Shown piece by piece: positions 10,510 through 18,979 of a stretch of 63,111 nt of DNA (positions are counted from its first letter, which is position 1; every line of letters starts with the position of its first letter). The stretch lies in NCBI GenBank assembly GCA_033178465.1, contig GCA_033178465.1_4726.1, one strand, 5' to 3'. This stretch comes from a phage. A model generated the notes under the pieces. That model ran no database searches, had not been told where the DNA came from, and saw only the letters and a program-made list of their open reading frames with translations. Made by a program: the position numbers and the translations under genes.

Positions 10510-10611
10510 GAGAAGCTACTGTTTTATCAGTGGGTGTTTATGTATGTATTACCTGACGACAACACGCATCCGATATCCGCCACCTCAACCACCAACGTAT
10601 AGGACAACACC

Positions 10612-11253
10612 ATGGCTATAAGCACAGATAAAACACCGAATAGCGGCGCACGCTTACAAGATGGTAACGCATGGCACGATAACACCGACGCTTACTACAA
10701 CACCATGATCTGCTGGACGTTCGACGTTCGTGATATTGCGACACAAGTCCAGAACAATTATCCTGGTACCAAATACCTGGAATCGATAAACGGATATGTG
10801 AACGCAAAAGAAAAGAAACACGGACAAGGTACCAACCCTGTTATCATTCCGAATATTCCACCACAGCAATTTACCTCACTTAAGAACATGAGTCCGTCGC
10901 TATGGTGGAACGCGGGCGGACGCGGTAGCAACGGTAACGTTAACTGTGACTCGCGCAGTCATACCTGGCAGCCGTGGAACGCGAATGCGAACTGGTCAGC
11001 CGTCCCTGTGACCGAATTGTTATCGTCTCCTTTACCCGTTGCGTTTGTCTTTAAAGCGGTTTCTGGTAAACATAACGTTGCGGTATGGAACTGTCATCTC
11101 TACAATTTAACTTTCTATTACATCCGTCCCGGATTCCCTGGTTGGTGTGGTAACATCATGAGCCAGAATGGTAGAGCCGTTCCAGGCTGGGTATCACAAC
11201 TCGTCAGCGGGAACTGGTTAACTTCCTTCGTGGGCGGTAAGCAGTACATCTAA
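10612..11253 (+). CDS. hypothetical protein, paralogue of 9853-10509 (putative fibre accessory protein)
   Basis: 213-aa ORF; C-terminus PGFPGWCGNIMSQNGRAVPGWVSQLVSGNWLTSFVGGKQY; shared central motif N.DCDSR.HTW.PW. Confidence 0.7.
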   Translation: MAISTDKTPNSGARLQDGNAWHDNTDAYYNTMICWTFDVRDIATQVQNNYPGTKYLESINGYVNAKEKKHGQGTNPVIIPNIPPQQFTSLKNMSPSLWWNAGGRGSNGNVNCDSRSHTWQPWNANANWSAVPVTELLSSPLPVAFVFKAVSGKHNVAVWNCHLYNLTFYYIRPGFPGWCGNIMSQNGRAVPGWVSQLVSGNWLTSFVGGKQYI

Positions 11254-11276
11254 TTCTAAAGGGCTGAGGTTTTTTA

Positions 11277-13889
11277 ATGAAGTTACATGAAACCGCGCAA
11301 AATGAAATACTAAGATTGGTCAACGAGAAAAACGGACTTTCTCTTACTTCCGACGATGTTGTATTTGCACGTGTTCTATCGGCACCCGAAACAACCTCCA
11401 TTCTTTTTAAAGGGAAAGATGGAAGCCGATACTACAAATCCGTATTCGTCTCGTTGGTTAAACGAGACCTCGCTAAAGCGTTCTTGGGAATACCTGTCAA
11501 GATTATCATTGAAGAAGATACCCAGTTACGTGAAATCATGCAAGCGGTCGCTGACCGTTACGGTATCGCCTTTGACCTCGCAACCGACTTCCTACAAGGA
11601 CAATTAAATAAAACGACAACAACGTCTACCACAGGCCGACAATCCGTTAAAGTAACAGCGGATGAGGGAAGTTTGGTTTGGGCAGGCGATCTTGTACTAA
11701 CTGTTGAAAACCGTAAATACAACCTGTTGTCGCTTATTCAGCATCTTGACCTTACCGGACTGAAATATCTTAACGACGATAGAACGAAGGGTGATGTCGA
11801 GTTATTGATTGCTGGCATCGACCCCGATCGCTTTGTAGGTCTTGCAAACCTACAACAGGGTGAGGCCATTTACCCCGCCTTAGCCCACCGCATCGCGGAT
11901 GCGATTCGTCGAGAAAACGCACCTGAAGATATCGGTTTACCCGCGCTGCGTGGGTTATTTGAAAACGCAACAGTCACGAAGGTGGAACGTACGGACCTCG
12001 GTGATGCGTACAGTGTCCCGATTAATACGAACGACCATTATCAAGGTACTGCCGTATTCCATCTCAATAACGGCAACCCCAAAGGCGCACCAACCTACCG
12101 CTACGCAAAAGGTACGCGTAACCTCTGGCAACCGATGTATTGGATTATCAACGGTCAGTCAACAGAGAACTTCGCGGTTGTCAGTGAAGACATGGTACTT
12201 AATGCGTATATGCGATGCCATACCGCTAACGGGTTGGTCGGGATAGAATGGCGGACAACGGATACGCTGGATCACGGTTGTATTGCGTATGATCCCATGA
12301 CGTCGTTATTCGGTTTGATCTTTAAAGCGAAGATCACGTTTACTGGCGATCAGCGTAACTTTGCAGATACCGAAAACCCGCCGGTTTTAACCGTCGTACA
12401 CAAAGACGATAGCCGTCAGTATATCTCATTAACCCGATATGCGACCGACGTCTCTGAAGACGGTACAAGCGCAATCGTGACGATCGATTTCAATGACGCA
12501 ATGGCGGGGTTCTATGCTGACGAACCCATCGAACTTGAATCGGTAACGTCGTTGATGTTCAGCATGAGTTCTCGACATTATAAGGAAGATGCGACTGAAA
12601 CGACATATCTGGAAACACCGATCGATCTTGGTTTAACCCTCGAGATTCTTCCTATCGATGGGGTGTATCAGGAAATGACGGTTAATCGCCATCATTGTAC
12701 ACCACACGAACTTCGTGCGATAACCGCTTATGATGACCATTACAACATCACACCAGAGCGTGTATTTGAGAACCTGGTTTATGCGGGATATCAAGATGAA
12801 TTAGTACACTATGTCGGAATGTCGCATTTCTACGATACTGTCTGGACGCCAAGTGCGGGTAAGTTACTGGTGAACACCACGGATGTATTAAATCCACCCT
12901 GTATCGCATGGCATGAAGCTTTCGCCGCATATGCTGCAAAACACCATTTCTCTGTCACCATCAGTTTAAGTTACGAATTGATGAGTACCGCATGCCCGTT
13001 CGAGTGGGCGCAGCAGGATTGGGAAGGAAACATTGCAGCAACCGGATATACGCCACCGTCTTGGTTGTTATCTCCATGTAACCAACAGGCGATGGCGTGG
13101 TTAGGGGATGTATTAACCGCGTTTGCCGATATCATCTACCCTCATGTCCAGGACATTTGTGTGCAAGTAGGTGAACCCTGGTGGTGGATCAATACGGCGA
13201 ACAACAAACCGTGTATCTACGATTACCAAACCAAACTGGCTTTCAATAACCGATATCCCAACAAATACGCCGCAGACATCGGTGATATTAACAACCCGTT
13301 ATCCGGTGGTGACTACGATCTCTACGTTGAGTTTTGTAACGAACAGTTAGGATACAGTTGCTGGAATTTGGTTAACCGGGTAAAATCGAAATACACGCAG
13401 ATCAAAACCGGCGTTCTTCCGTTCTTACCGACGATCATGTCGAATGCGTTCACGGAGAAACTCAATCTTCCCAAAGCGTGGTATAATCCAGAGAAATTCG
13501 ACCGGTTCTATTCGGAGTGCTATGACTGGATTATTGAAACGCATGTCACCAAGGCTGAGCAAGCGATCACCATTCCGCGAGATACGCTTGGTTTCCCGGT
13601 TAGTCAGATCCACTATTACCTGGGATTTGTTCCTGGTGAAGATCTTGCACCGCTTTATGGGTTCGATGTTAAAACGCCGTATAAACGCGAACTCTGGAAA
13701 CGTATCATGGGTAACCACGCAAATAACCTGGATATGTTCGAAGGGCTCACTCAGTATATCTGGGCGTATCCGCAGTTCATCGGCGATAGCATTATTCCCG
13801 GCCAGGTTCCCGAAGAGTTTTATTTCCTAGGAAAACGTTATGATATCATTCGTACGGACATTCCTTTTGATTTTACGCCGGACGCTTAA
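11277..13889 (+). CDS. large protein with N-terminal shared adaptor module fused to a ~720-aa C-terminal domain (putative receptor-binding/enzymatic tail protein)
   Basis: 870-aa ORF; first ~150 aa paralogous to 4696-5223 and 49-879; Trp/Tyr-rich C-terminal part, no motif recognised. Confidence 0.6.
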   Translation: MKLHETAQNEILRLVNEKNGLSLTSDDVVFARVLSAPETTSILFKGKDGSRYYKSVFVSLVKRDLAKAFLGIPVKIIIEEDTQLREIMQAVADRYGIAFDLATDFLQGQLNKTTTTSTTGRQSVKVTADEGSLVWAGDLVLTVENRKYNLLSLIQHLDLTGLKYLNDDRTKGDVELLIAGIDPDRFVGLANLQQGEAIYPALAHRIADAIRRENAPEDIGLPALRGLFENATVTKVERTDLGDAYSVPINTNDHYQGTAVFHLNNGNPKGAPTYRYAKGTRNLWQPMYWIINGQSTENFAVVSEDMVLNAYMRCHTANGLVGIEWRTTDTLDHGCIAYDPMTSLFGLIFKAKITFTGDQRNFADTENPPVLTVVHKDDSRQYISLTRYATDVSEDGTSAIVTIDFNDAMAGFYADEPIELESVTSLMFSMSSRHYKEDATETTYLETPIDLGLTLEILPIDGVYQEMTVNRHHCTPHELRAITAYDDHYNITPERVFENLVYAGYQDELVHYVGMSHFYDTVWTPSAGKLLVNTTDVLNPPCIAWHEAFAAYAAKHHFSVTISLSYELMSTACPFEWAQQDWEGNIAATGYTPPSWLLSPCNQQAMAWLGDVLTAFADIIYPHVQDICVQVGEPWWWINTANNKPCIYDYQTKLAFNNRYPNKYAADIGDINNPLSGGDYDLYVEFCNEQLGYSCWNLVNRVKSKYTQIKTGVLPFLPTIMSNAFTEKLNLPKAWYNPEKFDRFYSECYDWIIETHVTKAEQAITIPRDTLGFPVSQIHYYLGFVPGEDLAPLYGFDVKTPYKRELWKRIMGNHANNLDMFEGLTQYIWAYPQFIGDSIIPGQVPEEFYFLGKRYDIIRTDIPFDFTPDA

Positions 13890-13910
13890 CACGTTGGAGG
13901 TGGTGTCTAC

Positions 13911-14480
13911 ATGAAAGTAAAAGACCTTTACAAAATAAAACCGCAAACGATGGGTACCGCGAGCTTGGTTCTCGTTGACGGGCGCTCCCTGGTTGATGCG
14001 CTTAATAGTTACGACAACATCAACATTCCTGTCGGTCAACGATTAAGCATACAGCGGTTAAAAAAGCATCTCGATGATGCTGGATTAGCTCCTGACACAC
14101 GAAAAGAAATCGAAGAATTGGAAATCGATGAAACGAGTTCAGTTGAAGGTAATCTTCCTGATCTTACCGCTATTCATGATAACGCGAATCAACCCGCTGT
14201 CCAAAACTTCGTTGTTGTCATTGCGACAATCTCGCTCTTTTTAGTGACGATAGTATACACCGGTATCTGGGCATGGCTTGCGTTCATCGCGCAAACCAAA
14301 CCGAGCATTAACCATTTGTTCGTTCTGGCAGCTTGCTGGACGATGGTGATCTGGAAATCACAGGGCATCATCAGTCGCGAACGTCGTGATTTGATGTCGG
14401 TTATCGTCGGCGATGCGCCAAGTAAAAATCGCTTTTGGGATAATATCGAAAGCCTGGGTAAAGTGATGAAGAATCGTTGA
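13911..14480 (+). CDS. small membrane protein with two predicted transmembrane helices
   Basis: 189-aa ORF, GGAGGTGG RBS; hydrophobic stretches VVVIATISLFLVTIVYTGIWAWLAFIA and LFVLAACWTMVIW. Confidence 0.6.
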   Translation: MKVKDLYKIKPQTMGTASLVLVDGRSLVDALNSYDNINIPVGQRLSIQRLKKHLDDAGLAPDTRKEIEELEIDETSSVEGNLPDLTAIHDNANQPAVQNFVVVIATISLFLVTIVYTGIWAWLAFIAQTKPSINHLFVLAACWTMVIWKSQGIISRERRDLMSVIVGDAPSKNRFWDNIESLGKVMKNR

Positions 14481-14489
14481 GGGTAACAC

Positions 14490-14864
14490 ATGGCTGATAC
14501 CACCCCACCATGGATCGATCTGAATGTGCATCTTGTCTGGCGTTACGCTGGACGCTACACCCACGCGCACGATTTTAATGACGGTAAACTTAGTTATTAC
14601 AGCATCGCTTTTACCGAAGCACAAATACGTGCATGGTTCGCTCAACTGAATTATCCCAATTTGATTGCGAAGAAAAGCTATTCAATGTCAAGAACACGAT
14701 TAACTGTGACATTGGAGCTGTTCAATAAATCAACATGGGTTGACGCGTACCGGCTTCGTGAGGTTATTGATAGGCAGTTCCGTAAGCATCGTCATGAAGT
14801 GCCATCAATGCCGAAGAAAGATCCTATTGTTCCACCGGAAGATGCCATCTGGAACGAACATTAA
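14490..14864 (+). CDS. hypothetical protein
   Basis: 124-aa ORF, GAGGG RBS; followed by palindromic hairpin 14882-14913. Confidence 0.6.
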   Translation: MADTTPPWIDLNVHLVWRYAGRYTHAHDFNDGKLSYYSIAFTEAQIRAWFAQLNYPNLIAKKSYSMSRTRLTVTLELFNKSTWVDAYRLREVIDRQFRKHRHEVPSMPKKDPIVPPEDAIWNEH

Positions 14865-14881
14865 TAGCATAACAGCATAAG

Positions 14882-14913
14882 CCCTCCTCCAACCCGTAAG
14901 GGAAGGAGGAGGG
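14882..14913. terminator. conserved palindromic hairpin element (family A) between convergent genes; TATG on both flanks
   Basis: CCCTCCTCCAACCCGTAAGGGAAGGAGGAGGG; + strand continues TTATG, complement of upstream flank reads CTTATG. Confidence 0.6.
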
Positions 14914-14929
14914 TTATGTTACCGTTGCA

Positions 14930-15439
14930 TTAGAACAAGTAGAAATGAACGTTTGGTACGGTGGCAAGATACTGTTTGATTTGTGCGCGTACCCATTGAG
15001 GCTGGATTGTTTCGGATTGTCCGTAACCGATATTACCGCAACCAGAACCGACCGGAGGAATTGCGACAATCAACGGTTCAGCTGGACGCTGGTATGAGAA
15101 GCCGTCTCTTTCGAACTGAAGCTCCAATAACCATGCTTTTAACGCCAGTAAACCGTTAACGATATACTCGCGTCGTGTTCTTTCACGCCAATCCGATTTT
15201 GATGGAAACAACACGTAGGTGAGCTGATCGTTCTCGCCATGCTGATATGACACGACTTCGCCCACCTTAAACCCATCTCGACATTGCTTACGGTACGCTT
15301 CAAGAAGACCGGGCACACGATCGGCTGCCTGCTTGGCAAGACCACGTCCCATCACACCGACGGTGTTGACAGGAATAACCCGAACGTCAGCCGGTGTTTC
15401 CCAAATATCCAATCCAATCAAACTGGTAAATCTCGCCAT
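14930..15439 (-). CDS. macrodomain protein (TARG1/DarG-like ADP-ribose-binding/hydrolase fold), candidate ADP-ribosylation-reversing anti-defence enzyme
   Basis: ATG at 15439 (track ORF starts further upstream but overlaps previous gene); motifs VIPVNTVGVMGRGLAKQ and AIPPVGSGCGNIGYG resemble TARG1 (…CRMGAGIAVLFK…MPRIGCGLDRL…) from memory; ~169 aa, typical macrodomain size. Confidence 0.6.
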   Translation of the reverse strand: MARFTSLIGLDIWETPADVRVIPVNTVGVMGRGLAKQAADRVPGLLEAYRKQCRDGFKVGEVVSYQHGENDQLTYVLFPSKSDWRERTRREYIVNGLLALKAWLLELQFERDGFSYQRPAEPLIVAIPPVGSGCGNIGYGQSETIQPQWVRAQIKQYLATVPNVHFYLF

Positions 15440-15440
15440 T

Positions 15441-15770
15441 TTATTTTCCGTTTCGTAAACGTTCTTCTTCTCGTCGTAACTTGTCCTCATCGTCGTCCAG
15501 TACCGCACTACGTTTCCGCAGTTCGTCTTGTGCGATTTTGAGTACCGTTTGCGCGTAAGGATACGGTGCTTGTAAAAACGCATCCAGCGTCATGAACTCT
15601 TTAATACCGAATCGGACATAATCCTCGATTAAGGGTTTAATCCCTAATCTGTCCCAGGGATCTTCAGCAGGGTGCTGAGCCACCCATTTCAACGGCGTCC
15701 AGTCGTTAACGCGATCGTACAAGCCAAACATGGTATCGTACGCAATACCCATTTCGATGTTCAGCTTCAT
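15441..15770 (-). CDS. hypothetical protein (operon partner of macrodomain gene)
   Basis: ATG at 15770 with AAGGTGA RBS (track start at 15800 is TTG); stop 1 nt before macrodomain start. Confidence 0.6.
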   Translation of the reverse strand: MKLNIEMGIAYDTMFGLYDRVNDWTPLKWVAQHPAEDPWDRLGIKPLIEDYVRFGIKEFMTLDAFLQAPYPYAQTVLKIAQDELRKRSAVLDDDEDKLRREEERLRNGK

Positions 15771-15862
15771 ACCACCATCACCTTTACGCGCTAACAGCAA
15801 TTCCCAGATTTTTTCGTCATTACGAACAAGTTGCCCGTCGTGTAACCCGTATCGCGGATCGA

Positions 15863-17527
15863 TTAGAATACCGCGTCCATCCCCTCCTGAAGAGATTGGA
15901 CGGAGTTTAGGGTAAAAAAAAGCTGGGGTACATCCAAAGCAATCAGATCGTAGTATTTCTGGTCACGCAGATTGTCAGCAATATCGGCATTACATTTCGG
16001 ACATTTCCAGGCAGGCATTGCTGCGAGCGCAATCGTCGAATCACCGATGAATTGCATCAACCCATCGATATAGCGTTCACGAAGATCACTATCACGAGAC
16101 AGCTGCGCTAATACCGTTGCTGTATCCGCATCGCTTACACGACGCATGGTGCCGTTTACTGACACATGCATCGATTTGATCCATGCATCATACTGACGCA
16201 TCCAGCTGTAGAACTGACGCTCACGAATAACACGATCACGCTCTTCTTCGGTCATTGACGGACGCGATAGAATATCACGCAGATCTTCCAGGGTATCGCT
16301 TAACCAGCGTTCGCCCATGGCGATTTGTCGTGAGATCTTCGGTACTTCAAGTTCGATGATAACAGAACCGTTGTCGGACAGATCCAGCGTGCGGGAGTTC
16401 GTTTCACCCAGTTCGTTTGCATACTCACGCAAAAGTTCATCTGTCATGACCGGACCTTCGGTCATGATCTGCCGCATACGTTTGGTTATTGCGCTGTTGT
16501 CAACTTGATAGAGTTTCGCAAAGCTTACGGTATCTTCGACACGATAGTCGCAGGTTTCTGGATTCTGATAGCAGGTCTGTACGTAAGGATATCCGTACGG
16601 ATACATGGTTACCAGCACGTTCAACAATAACGCTGGAACATCGGTAACCGGGATAATGTCTTTCAAACGCTGGATATCCAGGTTCGGTACGTTGGCCATG
16701 TAACAGCATTCTAATGCTAATTCGATTGCGTGCTTCATGGTGATAATCGAGGTTGCCGAAAACAGGAAACCGGTACTATCACGTCCACCCAGGATTTTAT
16801 CGCGGGCAATACGTTCGTGCATAATCGCAACACGTTCATTTGACGGTGGATTAAACTGCAGCTTAATACCGCTATGCCATAACGGCATTACCGCAGGCGC
16901 ACCTGATTTCGTATTACGGATGGCAAAATAGATCGCATCGGTTCCTGTCAGCGGCGCTTCGACATCATCGGGAATATGGTTCGGTTGCGGGATGCCAGGA
17001 ATAACGCGACCAACACCCGATGAGTCTACGGGCACGTTAGTCCACTGACTGCCCTTACGTTCCAACGCGCGATCGTGAGCTGGACCACGCGGATGATATT
17101 GTCCATCAGCAACCGATTGCACCACCGCTTTACTGAATTTATCAAACTGTTCGTCTGTAGGTTTACCGCGTTGAGCGACAATGGCTTGCACGGTATCCAT
17201 TGCTTCGTTGATGTATTCCCGGTAATACGTTGTCTGCACACGTGGAGAATATAACGGTAACACCAGCGGCTGGCGTTTTGTTTTCTTCGGACTCTTAGGA
17301 CGAATGTCTTCGCATTGGAAACGTATCGTCGCCTTCGAGAAATCGATTAGCGGTGGATGTGATGGTTCTTCTTCACGGGTTGCTTCTGGAGCCACTACTT
17401 CGTCTTTACTTTCTTGCTGTGCGGAACCAACCGGCTCGGAACTTGCCGGAATCGTAGTTTCAACGGACGACTCTGAACGTTCGGTGGCTTCCTGATTCGT
17501 CACGACATTTTTTTCTTGTTCGCTCAT
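15863..17527 (-). CDS. hypothetical protein, 554 aa, acidic low-complexity N-terminus, C-terminal CPKC pair
   Basis: Long ORF, ATG at 17527 overlapping stop of upstream gene (ATGA coupling); no motif recognised. Confidence 0.75.
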   Translation of the reverse strand: MSEQEKNVVTNQEATERSESSVETTIPASSEPVGSAQQESKDEVVAPEATREEEPSHPPLIDFSKATIRFQCEDIRPKSPKKTKRQPLVLPLYSPRVQTTYYREYINEAMDTVQAIVAQRGKPTDEQFDKFSKAVVQSVADGQYHPRGPAHDRALERKGSQWTNVPVDSSGVGRVIPGIPQPNHIPDDVEAPLTGTDAIYFAIRNTKSGAPAVMPLWHSGIKLQFNPPSNERVAIMHERIARDKILGGRDSTGFLFSATSIITMKHAIELALECCYMANVPNLDIQRLKDIIPVTDVPALLLNVLVTMYPYGYPYVQTCYQNPETCDYRVEDTVSFAKLYQVDNSAITKRMRQIMTEGPVMTDELLREYANELGETNSRTLDLSDNGSVIIELEVPKISRQIAMGERWLSDTLEDLRDILSRPSMTEEERDRVIRERQFYSWMRQYDAWIKSMHVSVNGTMRRVSDADTATVLAQLSRDSDLRERYIDGLMQFIGDSTIALAAMPAWKCPKCNADIADNLRDQKYYDLIALDVPQLFFTLNSVQSLQEGMDAVF

Positions 17528-17997
17528 GCTTCGGTGGCTCCTTGAGATTTAACACTGTTAGCGAATCGGATCTGGTTCTCCATCCCTTCGACACGCAGTT
17601 GGCTCAGGCGTGCAACGTCAGGACGCAGAATATCGGATGCGCGTTCCAGGATGTTCATTAACGACATCCCGTAGTTGTACTGTAACAGAATACTTTGTTC
17701 ATCGACTTCTTTACCGTACATCGGCGTAATGGAGTTCTTGATCGTCGTCAACTCGGTTTGAAGTTCGGTCAGATCTTTATTCGTGCTTGTTGATAACGCA
17801 ACGAACTCATCACGTTTGTTTTGGGTTAATCGTAAACGACAGGGTTGCGTCGCTTGGTAAATAGCCGCACCCAGGGTGCCCAATAACAATTCGCAGTTTT
17901 CGATAGGTTCACGTAACTCGTCCCAACGAATTGCTGTTGTTTCCTGAGCTTTAGGGTTTCCTACGGATTTTTTTCTCGGTTTGGATGAAACTGGCAT
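17524..17997 (-). CDS. hypothetical protein
   Basis: 157-aa ORF, AGGAG RBS 10 nt upstream of ATG at 17997; first gene of minus-strand operon. Confidence 0.7.
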   Translation of the reverse strand: MPVSSKPRKKSVGNPKAQETTAIRWDELREPIENCELLLGTLGAAIYQATQPCRLRLTQNKRDEFVALSTSTNKDLTELQTELTTIKNSITPMYGKEVDEQSILLQYNYGMSLMNILERASDILRPDVARLSQLRVEGMENQIRFANSVKSQGATEA

Positions 17998-18087
17998 GGG
18001 ATGGTTACTCCTGATTAATCTAAGTTGGCGTAAGCTGGTAGTTTCTTCAATAGATTATGAGAGCTAGTAGACATTTACCGCATCGGA

Positions 18088-18966
18088 GTGGATATGATTG
18101 ATTCCGTCTTGGCTTTGTTAGAAGGTAAGATCCCTGAAACAAGGCGTACGCTGTTACAGCACTGCATGCATCGTTTATACCAAGATTTTAAATGCGAACA
18201 ACTGGAAACGTTCTGCAGTACGATGTTATCAGGTGCTGGGGAACAATACGACTTAAACGAATTAGATATCATTTTAACAAACGGATGTATCGAACTTTAT
18301 AAACAACAATTGCTTGCCTTCGGGATCCGAATTAACGAAGGGCAACTATCTCTGGATAGCCTGAAATATCTTCACGCGCTAGCGTCTACGTTATTAGACC
18401 TGGAAACACACGACGATACCGCTTTTCTACTCGCTATCGTTGAAGATGAAGACTACACCACAGCTGAAGCGCTGGCGGAATGTACGCGACACATTTACGG
18501 TGTTGATGCTGTTAACGTAACACCGTTAATCAGTTTCGTGCATTCAAGCTTACTCCCACGCATTCAGCAGGTACTGACCAAGAAGCTGGAGAAAGACAGC
18601 GAAAATATCACCGACGAAGAAAACGTCCTGATTCCGGATCATATTCGTCGACGAATTCGTGTAATCAGCGATGCGTTCCCACCGGTGTTCAGCCAGTATA
18701 TTGATGAAGGGGGTACGATAGCGGTTCCACTAGACTTGCTGATAGCGCAGTGTCGGAATCAGTTGGCTACATTACGCCAGCAACCGTATGCATACACCCA
18801 AGAACTGATTGCATTCGCTTTAGCTTCTGATCTCGAAGATAATGAAATTATTCCCGTCTTACGAGAACTTATTACCGCAAACTTCCCGATGGCTGAAGAA
18901 TCCAAAGAAGCAACCCGAGCGTTATCAGAGTTCGTTTCACGTCGCGGCGACCTGACCCAGGTTTAA
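18088..18966 (+). CDS. hypothetical protein
   Basis: 292-aa ORF diverging from minus-strand operon; no motif recognised. Confidence 0.75.
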   Translation: MDMIDSVLALLEGKIPETRRTLLQHCMHRLYQDFKCEQLETFCSTMLSGAGEQYDLNELDIILTNGCIELYKQQLLAFGIRINEGQLSLDSLKYLHALASTLLDLETHDDTAFLLAIVEDEDYTTAEALAECTRHIYGVDAVNVTPLISFVHSSLLPRIQQVLTKKLEKDSENITDEENVLIPDHIRRRIRVISDAFPPVFSQYIDEGGTIAVPLDLLIAQCRNQLATLRQQPYAYTQELIAFALASDLEDNEIIPVLRELITANFPMAEESKEATRALSEFVSRRGDLTQV

Positions 18967-18979
18967 AAGGAGTTGTTAC

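Noticed and set aside
15284-15583. Track ORF extension of macrodomain gene to 15583 and + strand ORF 15284-15541
   Set aside because: Upstream extension overlaps the preceding gene on the same strand; the internal ATG at 15439 gives a 1-nt gap and a macrodomain-sized product
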